64,000 nt of DNA from Escherichia virus TH41: the sequence record MT446412.1. One strand, given 5' to 3'. Both the position numbers and the translations under genes were made by a program. The notes below the pieces were generated by a model, which searched no databases, was not told where the DNA came from, and worked only from the letters and a program-made list of their open reading frames with translations. How positions within the stretch are numbered: the stretch's first letter is position 1; each line of letters starts with the position of its first letter. Shown here piece by piece: positions 51,613 through 60,253 of the stretch.

Positions 51613-52071
51613 ATGACTACTATCGATTCAAGTGTTTACATTCGCCGCAATAAACTTCGTCGCATTTTTGAAACGGAGTTCCTCAAAATTAATAATGCTA
51701 TCAACAAGGCTTGTAAAGAAGCAGGCCTTGAGGCATTCTTCATTAAGTACAGTCCACATCTGTTGGACCGTGCAATCCAACGTGAAATTGATGAACAATA
51801 TGTTTTTGACTTGTTTGGAAAAATCACACCACATGTAAAAGAAATCGTTGAATTCTTGGAGATGAAACCGCTCCCGGAAGTTGAAGCACAAATTGACCCG
51901 AATATGAACTACCGTCCACTTCGTCTGGAAATTACAGACAAGAACCTGTGGTTAGGAATGACAGTTAACCCAGCTCTTCCTGGGAAGTCTCCGACCATGT
52001 GTTGTCGTATGGCGTTTGTTAACTCTAATCGTCTGGAAGGAAAAATTAGCACAAAAGTGATTTATATCTAA
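51613..52071 (+). CDS. regB: RegB endoribonuclease
   Basis: 152 aa; VYIRRNKLRR.FE.EF..IN...HLLDRAIQREIDE.YVF.LF...RPLRLEITD.NLWLG matches T4 RegB as recalled. Confidence 0.85.
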   Translation: MTTIDSSVYIRRNKLRRIFETEFLKINNAINKACKEAGLEAFFIKYSPHLLDRAIQREIDEQYVFDLFGKITPHVKEIVEFLEMKPLPEVEAQIDPNMNYRPLRLEITDKNLWLGMTVNPALPGKSPTMCCRMAFVNSNRLEGKISTKVIYI

Positions 52072-52081
52072 TGGGGAATTC

Positions 52082-52624
52082 ATGAAAAAAGTAATCGCCA
52101 CCTTACTATTGACAGTTAGTATGTCTGCCCATAGCGTAGAGCCTACTTTCAGTAATGAACAAATGGAAAACCTCCAATATGCTTATGCGTTTGGAGAACA
52201 GTTCCAGAAAAATGGTAAGTACAAAGAAAATCCGCACCAACATAATGGTTTGGGATATATCATGGCTGGTTTAACCTGGCAGGAGAGTTCTGCTGGGATT
52301 AATACTGGATTAAATAAAGATAAGCATCATGCATATGGTATATTCCAAAATTATCTTCCAACCGTGCGCGAACGTGTGAAACAGGTTGGGTGGACAATGA
52401 CAGATAAAGAAATAATCAAGATGATAAGCAAGAGAGAGAACAGTGCACGCTGGGCTTACATTGAGCTTTCATACTGGTTGAATATTCATAAGGGGGATAT
52501 AAGGAAAACACTATCATCATATAACGCAGGATGGAATGTGAAAGCTGGTAATACGTATGCTTCACAGGTCCTAGAAAAAGCTAACTACTTAAAATCACGA
52601 GGCCTATTAAAAACGGTGGATTAA
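52082..52624 (+). CDS. Secreted lytic-transglycosylase-like protein (180 aa)
   Basis: Signal-peptide-like N-terminus MKKVIATLLLTVSMSAHS; SLT-family-like motifs WQESS, AYGIFQ, SYNAGWN. Confidence 0.55.
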   Translation: MKKVIATLLLTVSMSAHSVEPTFSNEQMENLQYAYAFGEQFQKNGKYKENPHQHNGLGYIMAGLTWQESSAGINTGLNKDKHHAYGIFQNYLPTVRERVKQVGWTMTDKEIIKMISKRENSARWAYIELSYWLNIHKGDIRKTLSSYNAGWNVKAGNTYASQVLEKANYLKSRGLLKTVD

Positions 52625-52626
52625 AA

Positions 52627-52986
52627 ATGGTAAGAGTTATAACTTTAGCCATAGGGTTAGTATTCAGCATGGGAGGAATAGCTTCAGTACAGAGCGACGA
52701 CAACAACAGCATCATAGAATATGCAACGAGGACGGCTAAAGATTATTGCGCCGCAAGCAATGTGGATTGTATAATCCAGTTCAGCGCCAAGCTCACCGCG
52801 GCATATAAAGATGGTCAAAATGATGTTGAACATACACTTTTGAAAAAGAATGTATTATCCAACAAATATGAAAAGAAATTATTTGAAATGGATTGCATTC
52901 TGTCAAGTGCAAAATATAAGGCGGCCTGCACCAGTATGGTTGACAGGTTAGTGGATTCATATAATAGAGGATTGAACTCTAAATGA
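52627..52986 (+). CDS. Secreted / periplasmic hypothetical protein (119 aa)
   Basis: Signal-peptide-like N-terminus; four Cys in mature part. Confidence 0.45.
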   Translation: MVRVITLAIGLVFSMGGIASVQSDDNNSIIEYATRTAKDYCAASNVDCIIQFSAKLTAAYKDGQNDVEHTLLKKNVLSNKYEKKLFEMDCILSSAKYKAACTSMVDRLVDSYNRGLNSK

Positions 52987-53462
52987 TTACCCAGTATATT
53001 AAGGGCGATATCGTCGCCCTCTTTCTTCAAGGCAATATTATTGCACATGGTTGTAACTGCTTTCACACAATGGGTTCTGGTGTAGCTGGACAGTTGGCGA
53101 AGGCTTATCCAAAAGTTTTAGAAATAGATAAAACCACTACTGAATATGGTTCTCGTGATAAATTAGGCGATATGTCTATTGTTTTTAAACATAAGCCGAC
53201 AGGTTTTGGCATGTGCTATAACTTGTATACACAATACGAGCCAGGCCCTAATCTTGATTATGGCGCTTTAGTAAATTGTATGATAGAATTAAATCTACAA
53301 GCAGAAACCCTTTTGTTTAAACCGGTAATTTATATTCCACGTATTGGTTGTGGTATTGCAGGTGGAGATTGGGAAAAGGTTTCTAAATTAATCGACATGT
53401 TTACTCCTGATATTGATTTAATAGTGGTGGATTATGAAAGCACATTACCCACATCCGTTTGA
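52983..53462 (+). CDS. Macro-domain-like protein (159 aa)
   Basis: GDIVALFLQGNIIAHGCNCFHTMGSGVAGQL and IPRIGCGIAGGDW resemble the two conserved macro-domain glycine-rich motifs. Confidence 0.5.
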   Translation: MITQYIKGDIVALFLQGNIIAHGCNCFHTMGSGVAGQLAKAYPKVLEIDKTTTEYGSRDKLGDMSIVFKHKPTGFGMCYNLYTQYEPGPNLDYGALVNCMIELNLQAETLLFKPVIYIPRIGCGIAGGDWEKVSKLIDMFTPDIDLIVVDYESTLPTSV

Positions 53463-53646
53463 CCCTAAAAACAAAGCGGAAATTATTCGACGCTGGACCG
53501 AAACTCGAGTAACCAAATGTCCTATAAAAAGTCAACACAACACTGATAAATGGTATATCGGTGAATATGTTGAATATACTTTTATAGATAAAAATAAACG
53601 TAAACAGCACGTAGAAGAATATTGCCTAAAGGTACAATGGTTATGA
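53434..53646 (+). CDS. Hypothetical protein (70 aa)
   Basis: ORF overlapping the 3' end of the upstream gene; weakly supported. Confidence 0.35.
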   Translation: MKAHYPHPFDPKNKAEIIRRWTETRVTKCPIKSQHNTDKWYIGEYVEYTFIDKNKRKQHVEEYCLKVQWL

Positions 53647-53849
53647 GCCAAGCCCGAATTCTTAAAACGGCCAAATGTGAAAAATGTGAATGGCCGGTAA
53701 TCGCAGCTTTGTGCAACGATGAAATGAATTGCGAATACGATTACTGGTGGTACTGTTCTAATAAAGGATGTTCTAATCATAAGGGTGAAGGTTTTCATTC
53801 TGGTTATTGCGAACATCCTAAATTTGTGCGATATGGGGAACCGAAATGA
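53643..53849 (+). CDS. Cys-rich putative zinc-binding small protein (68 aa)
   Basis: CEKCEW...C..E.NC...C..KGC...C arrangement of eight Cys; ATGA overlap. Confidence 0.45.
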   Translation: MSQARILKTAKCEKCEWPVIAALCNDEMNCEYDYWWYCSNKGCSNHKGEGFHSGYCEHPKFVRYGEPK

Positions 53850-54031
53850 GTTTAAGCATTAGTCAGAAAAGTAGATTATTTGAGCTTATCCATGAGCTTT
53901 TGGATGAGCATACAGAAGCAAACGCCTTTTATGATGAATACGGCCCAATAGATGCCGAACATCAGGAAGAATTTGCCAATCGATTTGATGCGAAAGAAAA
54001 CGAATTAATAGCTTATGTGAATACGCTTTAA
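53846..54031 (+). CDS. Hypothetical acidic protein (61 aa)
   Basis: ATGA overlap with upstream gene. Confidence 0.4.
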   Translation: MSLSISQKSRLFELIHELLDEHTEANAFYDEYGPIDAEHQEEFANRFDAKENELIAYVNTL

Positions 54032-54040
54032 GAAGGTGAT

Positions 54041-54613
54041 ATGGCGAGTTTAATTTATCATTACGCAGCAATGAATGCAGGCAAAACAGCTTCATTGCTG
54101 ACTGCAGCTTATTCCTATAAAGAGCGTGGAATGAGTGTGCTTTTGCTAAAACCTGTTATTGATAATCGGGACTCGGAAGGCGAAATTAAATCACGCATCG
54201 GTATTAGCCAGGAAGCAAACCTGGTAACGGCCGACATGAACCTGTTTGAATTCTATAAATGGGCCGAGTCTCAAAAGGATATCCATTGTGTCCTGGTCGA
54301 TGAAGCTCAATTTTTGTTACCAGAGCAAATTGACCAGTTAGCTCAAGTGGTTGATAATTACAATATCCCCGTTATGTGTTACGGGTTAAGAACAGATTTT
54401 CGGGGTCAATTATTTCCCGGTTCGGCCAGACTTCTGGCTATTTCGGATAAACTGGTTGAATTAAAGGGCGTCTGTCATTGCGGCCGGAAAGCAACCATGA
54501 CCGCTCGAGTAATCGACGGTGCTGCTGTAAAGGACGGCGAGCAAGTATTGGTCGGTGGGAATGAATCGTACGTATCTTTGTGCAGAAAACATTGGCTCGA
54601 ATTAACAAGCTGA
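54041..54613 (+). CDS. tk: Thymidine kinase
   Basis: P-loop AAMNAGKT, VDEAQF, C-terminal zinc-ribbon Cys pairs (CHCGRKAT...C). Confidence 0.9.
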   Translation: MASLIYHYAAMNAGKTASLLTAAYSYKERGMSVLLLKPVIDNRDSEGEIKSRIGISQEANLVTADMNLFEFYKWAESQKDIHCVLVDEAQFLLPEQIDQLAQVVDNYNIPVMCYGLRTDFRGQLFPGSARLLAISDKLVELKGVCHCGRKATMTARVIDGAAVKDGEQVLVGGNESYVSLCRKHWLELTS

Positions 54614-54620
54614 GGTTCGC

Positions 54621-54896
54621 ATGGTATACAAGGTTTGGACGTATATCTCTATTTTGATATTCCTGGTTTTGGTTTTTGTTCCTATGCAACAGGACCAGGA
54701 AAGGTATGAGCGCGAAGTCGAAATCGTTGCAAGTACCTATCACTCGTTCAACAAAGAGTGCCCCAATAAAAACGGAATAAGCCTGCAACAAGCATACTAT
54801 TTGTCAACGGTCACCAGTCCAAAACAACGGGTCTGGGTTGAACGTAATTTTGCAGGTTTATTTTCAGAGTACTGCTTTAATTTTAAACGTCTATAA
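54621..54896 (+). CDS. Membrane-anchored hypothetical protein (91 aa; rI.1 position)
   Basis: N-terminal hydrophobic segment; between tk and rI. Confidence 0.5.
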   Translation: MVYKVWTYISILIFLVLVFVPMQQDQERYEREVEIVASTYHSFNKECPNKNGISLQQAYYLSTVTSPKQRVWVERNFAGLFSEYCFNFKRL

Positions 54897-54899
54897 ATA
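54892..54899 (+). promoter_or_regulatory. Late promoter box TATAAATA upstream of rI
   Basis: Exact TATAAATA on plus strand about 70 bp upstream of the rI ATG. Confidence 0.45.
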
Positions 54900-54968
54900 C
54901 AGTTACTAACTAGTATTCCGCTATGTTAAGGCTGCAAAGCGTAATCATGACCAACAATAGGAGTCCTT

Positions 54969-55262
54969 ATGGACCTTATTCGAGGACTTTCATTAAGTCT
55001 AATAATCCTGGGCTGTTTAGGTCCAAATCTGTCCTCTGCAACAGATGGGAAGTTTACCCAATATGCAGATAGTGCGATGAAGATTTATTCGCAATTCAAA
55101 GAACCAAGCGTGCACCAATCCGAACAGTTCTGGGCGTTTATCAAGACTGAATGGAACAACAAAAGCCAATGCGAAACTGAAATTACCTGCAAAAGCGATG
55201 GTAAAGCTGCGGCGAGAGAGTACGCTAAATTAATGAAGGTAAAATTGGAAGATGAAATTTGA
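54969..55262 (+). CDS. rI: Lysis inhibition regulator RI (antiholin)
   Basis: 97 aa, signal-anchor N-terminus; SEQFWAFIKTEW...C...C....A.EYAKLMKVKLEDE resembles T4 RI. Confidence 0.8.
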   Translation: MDLIRGLSLSLIILGCLGPNLSSATDGKFTQYADSAMKIYSQFKEPSVHQSEQFWAFIKTEWNNKSQCETEITCKSDGKAAAREYAKLMKVKLEDEI

Positions 55263-55635
55263 TGATTTCGTAACGGGTCGTGGGTCTGAGGTGGATTCAT
55301 ATATTGGGTGGTTGTTAGTCTCTTTGGCTTATTTTAAGTCCGCCCATCTTGAAACCAAAAGTTACGCCCGCCATAAAGCTTATGATTTCTACTTCACAGA
55401 AATCCAAGGTCCACTCGACCAGTTCAGTGAGCAATGGTTAGGTTACAGCGGGAAACAATACAAAGCTGCATTACCGTCCGCCTCGGACTTGCCGAAAGAT
55501 ACAATTTTGTTTTTAGATGAAATGATTAAAAGCTCGGAAAGAGTCTATAAAGTTGTACCCAAGGCTATTCAATCGACTCTGGACGATATCGTTGGAGTTT
55601 TCTTTCAGACTAAGTATCTGTTAACATTAGAGTAA
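55252..55635 (+). CDS. Hypothetical protein (127 aa)
   Basis: ORF overlapping the rI 3' end; followed by terminator. Confidence 0.45.
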   Translation: MKFDDFVTGRGSEVDSYIGWLLVSLAYFKSAHLETKSYARHKAYDFYFTEIQGPLDQFSEQWLGYSGKQYKAALPSASDLPKDTILFLDEMIKSSERVYKVVPKAIQSTLDDIVGVFFQTKYLLTLE

Positions 55636-55640
55636 TTCAA

Positions 55641-55668
55641 AAGGTCTGCCTTCGGGTGGACCTTTTTT
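55641..55668 (+). terminator. Rho-independent terminator
   Basis: aaggtc...gacctt hairpin followed by TTTTTT. Confidence 0.6.
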
Positions 55669-55678
55669 CATTTAGGGG

Positions 55679-55720
55679 TTTACATCACCATAAAAAGGGT
55701 GTACTATTATCCCATCAACT
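55679..55720 (+). promoter_or_regulatory. Early promoter cassette
   Basis: GTTTAC and GTGTAC elements followed by tattatcccatcaactactgaggag leader. Confidence 0.4.
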
Positions 55721-55735
55721 ACTGAGGAGAACACA

Positions 55736-55939
55736 ATGAGAATTAAAAATATCAAGATTGATGCAGTTAATACTGGTGATGAGGTTGTTATCTATCTTAA
55801 TGATTATGCAATCTTTATGGACAGTGCCACTGATGAAGAAGTGGTTGAACTCTTACAGAAAGCTCCATTTGAACTGTGTGAAGAAGATGCTACCCATCTT
55901 TCATCAGCAATTTTCTCATTATCATATGTGGTGGAATAA
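55736..55939 (+). CDS. Hypothetical protein (67 aa)
   Basis: GAGGAG SD. Confidence 0.45.
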   Translation: MRIKNIKIDAVNTGDEVVIYLNDYAIFMDSATDEEVVELLQKAPFELCEEDATHLSSAIFSLSYVVE

Positions 55940-56175
55940 TGAAACTTACAAATACCATGGTTTCATTGGAATATGAAACCAATAATCATATTCTTGAAAT
56001 TAAGATATTTGATGATGGAAGCATATTTGCTGATTACCGCGGATATAGAATCCGCCTGGAAAAGGATGAGCTCAAGGAACCATGGCTCCTTAAAGACACC
56101 TTAAAGGGCTGTGGGTGTAAACTGAAGACTACTCAAGTCCAAGAATTAATTTCTACCATCAAAAAATACTGGTGA
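55939..56175 (+). CDS. Hypothetical protein (78 aa)
   Basis: ATGA overlap with upstream gene. Confidence 0.45.
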   Translation: MKLTNTMVSLEYETNNHILEIKIFDDGSIFADYRGYRIRLEKDELKEPWLLKDTLKGCGCKLKTTQVQELISTIKKYW

Positions 56176-56179
56176 TATT

Positions 56180-56362
56180 ATGTTAACTACTGAACAGATT
56201 GAACAAATCCTTAAACTCGCATGGCATATTGAAAATGCTGCTAATGACCTGGCTGTTGAATATTGTGAAGGTTATTCATATTCTGGAATAGAGCAGTGCA
56301 AGCGTGATTTGGCTAACTCTAAAGCAGCATTGGTTGGGTATCTGAATGAGTTGAAAGAATAA
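56180..56362 (+). CDS. Hypothetical protein (60 aa)
   Basis: Short ORF tightly packed between neighbours. Confidence 0.4.
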   Translation: MLTTEQIEQILKLAWHIENAANDLAVEYCEGYSYSGIEQCKRDLANSKAALVGYLNELKE

Positions 56363-56619
56363 TGGCTGTTGGATTTGCAAAAGATGGTGCTGAACAGTTA
56401 GAGATGGAAGCGGTTGTCCAGGCCGCTATCACCCATGCGAGAGCACAAGTTGCAGTTGAAAGGGAGTCTGCTGAATTCTGTTTTGACTGCGACGAAAAAA
56501 TTCCTGAAGCGCGGAGACAAGCGATTAAAGGCGTGATATATTGTGTTGGTTGTCAATCAATGCATGATGAAATTTTTAAACGTGAGCCAAGAAACTGTTG
56601 GCATAGGAGCATGAGATGA
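56362..56619 (+). CDS. TraR/DksA-type C4 zinc-finger protein (85 aa)
   Basis: CFDC-x17-CVGC with IPEARRQA between the Cys pairs. Confidence 0.55.
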   Translation: MAVGFAKDGAEQLEMEAVVQAAITHARAQVAVERESAEFCFDCDEKIPEARRQAIKGVIYCVGCQSMHDEIFKREPRNCWHRSMR

Positions 56620-56710
56620 TTTACTATCTTGAACCTTGGGCTTGGTTAACAATGGCTGTAGGGCCTGTTTTAATTGGTTTATTCTTTTCATGGTTAGCGA
56701 GGAAACTGTA

Positions 56711-56926
56711 ATGTTATATGACCCAAGTGGTAATTCTGAAAATGGTGTGATTGTTCTGGAGCCTGAGCATCCAGTTGGTGACGTATACCGCCCAGTTGAA
56801 GTGTGCGAATGTAATTTTGTTAAAGGTAATACTGGTGGGATTTCCATTGAGCAAGATGATGATGTTATTTACCTGGATGCAAGCCAAGTAGAAGCGCTTT
56901 ATAGTATTTTAAAACATAACCGTTGA
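56711..56926 (+). CDS. Hypothetical protein (71 aa)
   Basis: Start placed at internal ATG MLYDPSG; a 31-codon hydrophobic mini-ORF (56617-56712) precedes it. Confidence 0.4.
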   Translation: MLYDPSGNSENGVIVLEPEHPVGDVYRPVEVCECNFVKGNTGGISIEQDDDVIYLDASQVEALYSILKHNR

Positions 56927-56936
56927 GGAACAGAAA

Positions 56937-57497
56937 ATGATTATTGAAACAACTGAATTGTTTGGCGAACTGACCGCTGAAGTAGTTAATAACGCAATTG
57001 AGCTTTGTCAAGAAGACGATAAAATCGTACTAACTATCCAAGATATCAAACCACTTTACGATTTAAAGGTTTTGGACAGACACGATTATCTTAATGGTCG
57101 TGCTAGTGCTTCTGTTGATATCAATGATGATATGTATGCCTATATCTATAAAAATGAAAACGGGTTTAATCTGGAAAATGGTATTGAATGTCTGAGCATC
57201 AGCGATTCTGATAAATTCTTTGATTGTATTTTCAAACTCTTCCAGGAAGAATGCAAGCCGGAAGTTGAATGGAAAGTCCCGGGCCAGGATGCGGTGATTC
57301 GTTCTAGTGAAACCTTTGAGGGTGACGAAGAAGAACTGAATTATGATACCGAATTAACCGTGTATCAACATCAGGGTCGTGATTTGCTATCCTTGACCCA
57401 GACCCACGACGGTTTTAATGAAGTGGTATTTACTAAAGACGAGCTAAAAGTTTTAGTCTCTTATCTGAACTCTGTTATCCCAACTATGAACTCTTAA
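56937..57497 (+). CDS. Hypothetical acidic protein (186 aa)
   Basis: ORF with AGGAA SD. Confidence 0.5.
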   Translation: MIIETTELFGELTAEVVNNAIELCQEDDKIVLTIQDIKPLYDLKVLDRHDYLNGRASASVDINDDMYAYIYKNENGFNLENGIECLSISDSDKFFDCIFKLFQEECKPEVEWKVPGQDAVIRSSETFEGDEEELNYDTELTVYQHQGRDLLSLTQTHDGFNEVVFTKDELKVLVSYLNSVIPTMNS

Positions 57498-57507
57498 GGA
57501 AAATATT

Positions 57508-57960
57508 ATGATTATCAATGCAAACTCTTGGCACGCTCGCTTCCATGACCGTTTTTATGACCGTCATTCTCGTCCACACTCATTGTGTGCTTACTTTTGG
57601 AAAATGGTTTGGGCTTGTTTTGTTTGTGCCATTTTTATCGGTAGTATGGTTTTTGGATTAACTGTCGCTGGGGCTGGTGTATTAGAGCATTTCTTTGTAT
57701 TAAGTACCCCGGTTGGTTTAGGTTTAGGGTTTATTTTAGGACTAGCTACACTGGCTCTTATTCTGGCGGTAGCATTTGGTTTAATGTATGGTCTAATGAA
57801 TTTATGGTCCTGGTATGATTTACGTAAAGAAGAAAAGGAATGGCAACGTATTCTAGCCAAACGTGAAGGAAAGGAAACTAAAGAAAACATCGTTATTCAA
57901 TACATTAAAGCTCGTAAATCTAAGATGTGTCCTGTAATCCACTTCGAGGACAAAAAATGA
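57508..57960 (+). CDS. Membrane protein (150 aa)
   Basis: Three hydrophobic segments, basic C-terminal tail. Confidence 0.5.
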   Translation: MIINANSWHARFHDRFYDRHSRPHSLCAYFWKMVWACFVCAIFIGSMVFGLTVAGAGVLEHFFVLSTPVGLGLGFILGLATLALILAVAFGLMYGLMNLWSWYDLRKEEKEWQRILAKREGKETKENIVIQYIKARKSKMCPVIHFEDKK

Positions 57961-58967
57961 GAACAGTTATGAAAGGCTACTTCGGTAGCCACCTTTATGG
58001 AACAAGTACTCCTGAATCTGATGTTGATTTTAAAGAAATCTTTGTTCCTCATCCGCGAGATATCCTGCTCGGAACCGCGATGAACCATACCAACCTGAAC
58101 ACGAATAATACGGCTACCAAAAATACAAAAGATGATGTTGACCATGAACTTTATAGTCTGAAATATTTCTTTAAACTGGCGGCCGAAGGCGAAACCGTTG
58201 CTCTGGACATGATTCACACGCCGGCTGACCTGGTTGTCAAATCCGATTTACCAGATGTATGGAAGTTTATCCAGGATAACCGTTCACGGTTCTATACAAC
58301 TAACATGAAAGCCTATTTGGGGTATGTCCGTAAGCAAGCTTCCAAATATGGTGTTAAAGGTTCACGATTGGCCGCTCTACGTGGTGCACTGACAATCATT
58401 AACCAGATTCCTGAACAGTGGGTCGACTATCAAGAAGATGGTTCGACTAAGCAACGTCGAACTAAGGTAGAAGATATCAAACACCGGCTTCCAGAGAATG
58501 AATTCTGCGAATGGGTATTTCATAACCACGAGAAAACAGGTCCTCAAACGTTCTATACTGTTCTTGGACGTAAGTACCAAACAACGTTATCAATTACAGA
58601 GCTCAAGCAATCTCTGAATAAACTCGATGCCGAATATGGTGAACGTGCTCGTAAGGCAGAAGCCAATGAAGGTATTGACTGGAAAGCTCTGAGCCATGCT
58701 TATCGTGCTGGATACCAGTTGAAGGAAATCTATCAAACTGGTGACCTGGTTTATCCGCTCAAAAACGCTTCTATTATTAAAGCAATCAAAGCTGGCGATA
58801 TGCCTTTCAAAGTAGTCCAAGGCCTGTTGGAAAATACTGTCGATGAAGTCGAAGTCCTGGCTATCCAGGCCCATAAGAACGGTATGCCTGAGAAGGTAGA
58901 CATGAAGTTCTGGGACAAGTTCGTTGAAGAGGTATACCTTGACAACCACAATTCCTATTATCGTTAA
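57957..58967 (+). CDS. Pol-beta-type nucleotidyltransferase-like protein (336 aa)
   Basis: Start placed at ATG overlapping upstream stop; N-terminal YFGSHLYGTSTPESDVDF matches the GS-x(n)-SD-h-D-h nucleotidyltransferase motif. Confidence 0.55.
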   Translation: MRTVMKGYFGSHLYGTSTPESDVDFKEIFVPHPRDILLGTAMNHTNLNTNNTATKNTKDDVDHELYSLKYFFKLAAEGETVALDMIHTPADLVVKSDLPDVWKFIQDNRSRFYTTNMKAYLGYVRKQASKYGVKGSRLAALRGALTIINQIPEQWVDYQEDGSTKQRRTKVEDIKHRLPENEFCEWVFHNHEKTGPQTFYTVLGRKYQTTLSITELKQSLNKLDAEYGERARKAEANEGIDWKALSHAYRAGYQLKEIYQTGDLVYPLKNASIIKAIKAGDMPFKVVQGLLENTVDEVEVLAIQAHKNGMPEKVDMKFWDKFVEEVYLDNHNSYYR

Positions 58968-58974
58968 ATTCTAA

Positions 58975-58997
58975 GGAACCCTTCGGGGTCCTTTTTT
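58975..58997 (+). terminator. Rho-independent terminator
   Basis: ggaaccc-ttcg-gggtcc hairpin followed by TTTTTT. Confidence 0.6.
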
Positions 58998-59010
58998 ATT
59001 TTAAAAAGTA

Positions 59011-59040
59011 GTGTACAACCAGATGGTCATGAGGCATAAT
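59011..59040 (+). promoter_or_regulatory. Early promoter cassette (GTGTAC / CATAAT)
   Basis: GTGTAC, 18-bp spacer, CATAAT, conserved leader gattccatactgagttaaca. Confidence 0.4.
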
Positions 59041-59081
59041 GATTCCATACTGAGTTAACAAATAAACAAACGGAGAATAAA

Positions 59082-59288
59082 ATGTTAGAATTAATCAAAG
59101 CTGCTGGTGAAAAAGGTCTGATGGTTAACACTCGTGACCCAGAACAACGTCAAGCATTTGGTGAGTTAAAAGCCAAAGGTCTGGTTAAAGCATCCCTTGG
59201 TATTGGTAATGCTTTGCGTGTGACTTTGACCCCTGCAGGTAAAGCAATGTTCTTCCCTAAACCATTACCAAAACGTCGTCGCAAGTGA
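59082..59288 (+). CDS. Hypothetical basic protein (68 aa)
   Basis: GGAG SD; C-terminal KRRRK. Confidence 0.45.
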   Translation: MLELIKAAGEKGLMVNTRDPEQRQAFGELKAKGLVKASLGIGNALRVTLTPAGKAMFFPKPLPKRRRK

Positions 59289-59294
59289 GGAATT

Positions 59295-59597
59295 ATGAAA
59301 AAGTATGAACTTGACATGATTGAGGCATGTCTGAAATCTGCTGACCATTTTAAGTTGAAAATGCACAAGTTAAGAGGAATGGTCAAAACTTCAGAAGAGA
59401 AGAAGCGATATGCTCTGAAGGAGAAATGTAAAGCTCTTATCATGATGGATAAGCTGCAAATGGTCGCCGCAGAAGCTCACAGGACACGTAAGGCTGAGGC
59501 CCTTGGTGTTTATATGGCAGAGCAGCTTCATCGTGCCCAGCAAGCCGTTAAGAGCGTCTGGTTCAGCGGTGAAAATACTGAAAGAACTTTTAATTAA
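59295..59597 (+). CDS. Hypothetical protein (100 aa)
   Basis: GAGGAA SD. Confidence 0.45.
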   Translation: MKKYELDMIEACLKSADHFKLKMHKLRGMVKTSEEKKRYALKEKCKALIMMDKLQMVAAEAHRTRKAEALGVYMAEQLHRAQQAVKSVWFSGENTERTFN

Positions 59598-59599
59598 AT

Positions 59600-59629
59600 G
59601 TGTACATAGTATGGGGATAGACGTATAAT
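59600..59629 (+). promoter_or_regulatory. Early promoter cassette (GTGTAC / TATAAT)
   Basis: GTGTAC, 18-bp spacer, TATAAT, leader ttcccatactgagttacc. Confidence 0.4.
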
Positions 59630-59665
59630 GTTCCCATACTGAGTTACCAAATACTGGAGAATAAA

Positions 59666-60190
59666 ATGGAAGCCAAATCAATCTTTAATCTGATTAATTA
59701 CAATAATGGTAATTTTAAATCAGAAGCACAAAGTAAGTTCTTTAATGATGTTGCTTGTGCAGGCGAGATTACAGTATCAGGTGGTCAGACTTATAAAAAC
59801 GCCTGGAACTGGATTGTGACTGTTGATTCAGTTGGTATTGTTGATGTGTATAAAAACACCAACAAAAACCGCTCTTTGTTCTGGTCAAGAGAGACTAATG
59901 CAGAATATCAAGCGGCAAGAGCAAAGAAAAATATGCCTACTGAATCTGATGTACAAAACATCAAATCAGATATCCAATATTATGATGGTCTGATTGCTGA
60001 ACAACAAGCAGTGCTTGATAAGTTCAATGAAATCAAAGCATGTAAAGAGATTCCTGAATTCATGCGGGAATCAGTTAATGAACAATACAATCTCACTTCA
60101 GAGCGTATTGAAACCTATACCAAACAAAGAGCAGAGCGCCAGGTACTCCTTCAGAAGTTTGAAGAGCGTTTAAAGACGGTTCTCGCATAA
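59666..60190 (+). CDS. Hypothetical protein (174 aa)
   Basis: GGAG SD. Confidence 0.5.
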   Translation: MEAKSIFNLINYNNGNFKSEAQSKFFNDVACAGEITVSGGQTYKNAWNWIVTVDSVGIVDVYKNTNKNRSLFWSRETNAEYQAARAKKNMPTESDVQNIKSDIQYYDGLIAEQQAVLDKFNEIKACKEIPEFMRESVNEQYNLTSERIETYTKQRAERQVLLQKFEERLKTVLA

Positions 60191-60253
60191 ACGCTTTATA
60201 CCAAGGATGGTATAATGGTTCTGACCTTTGATTAATCTATTGAGGAAATTATT

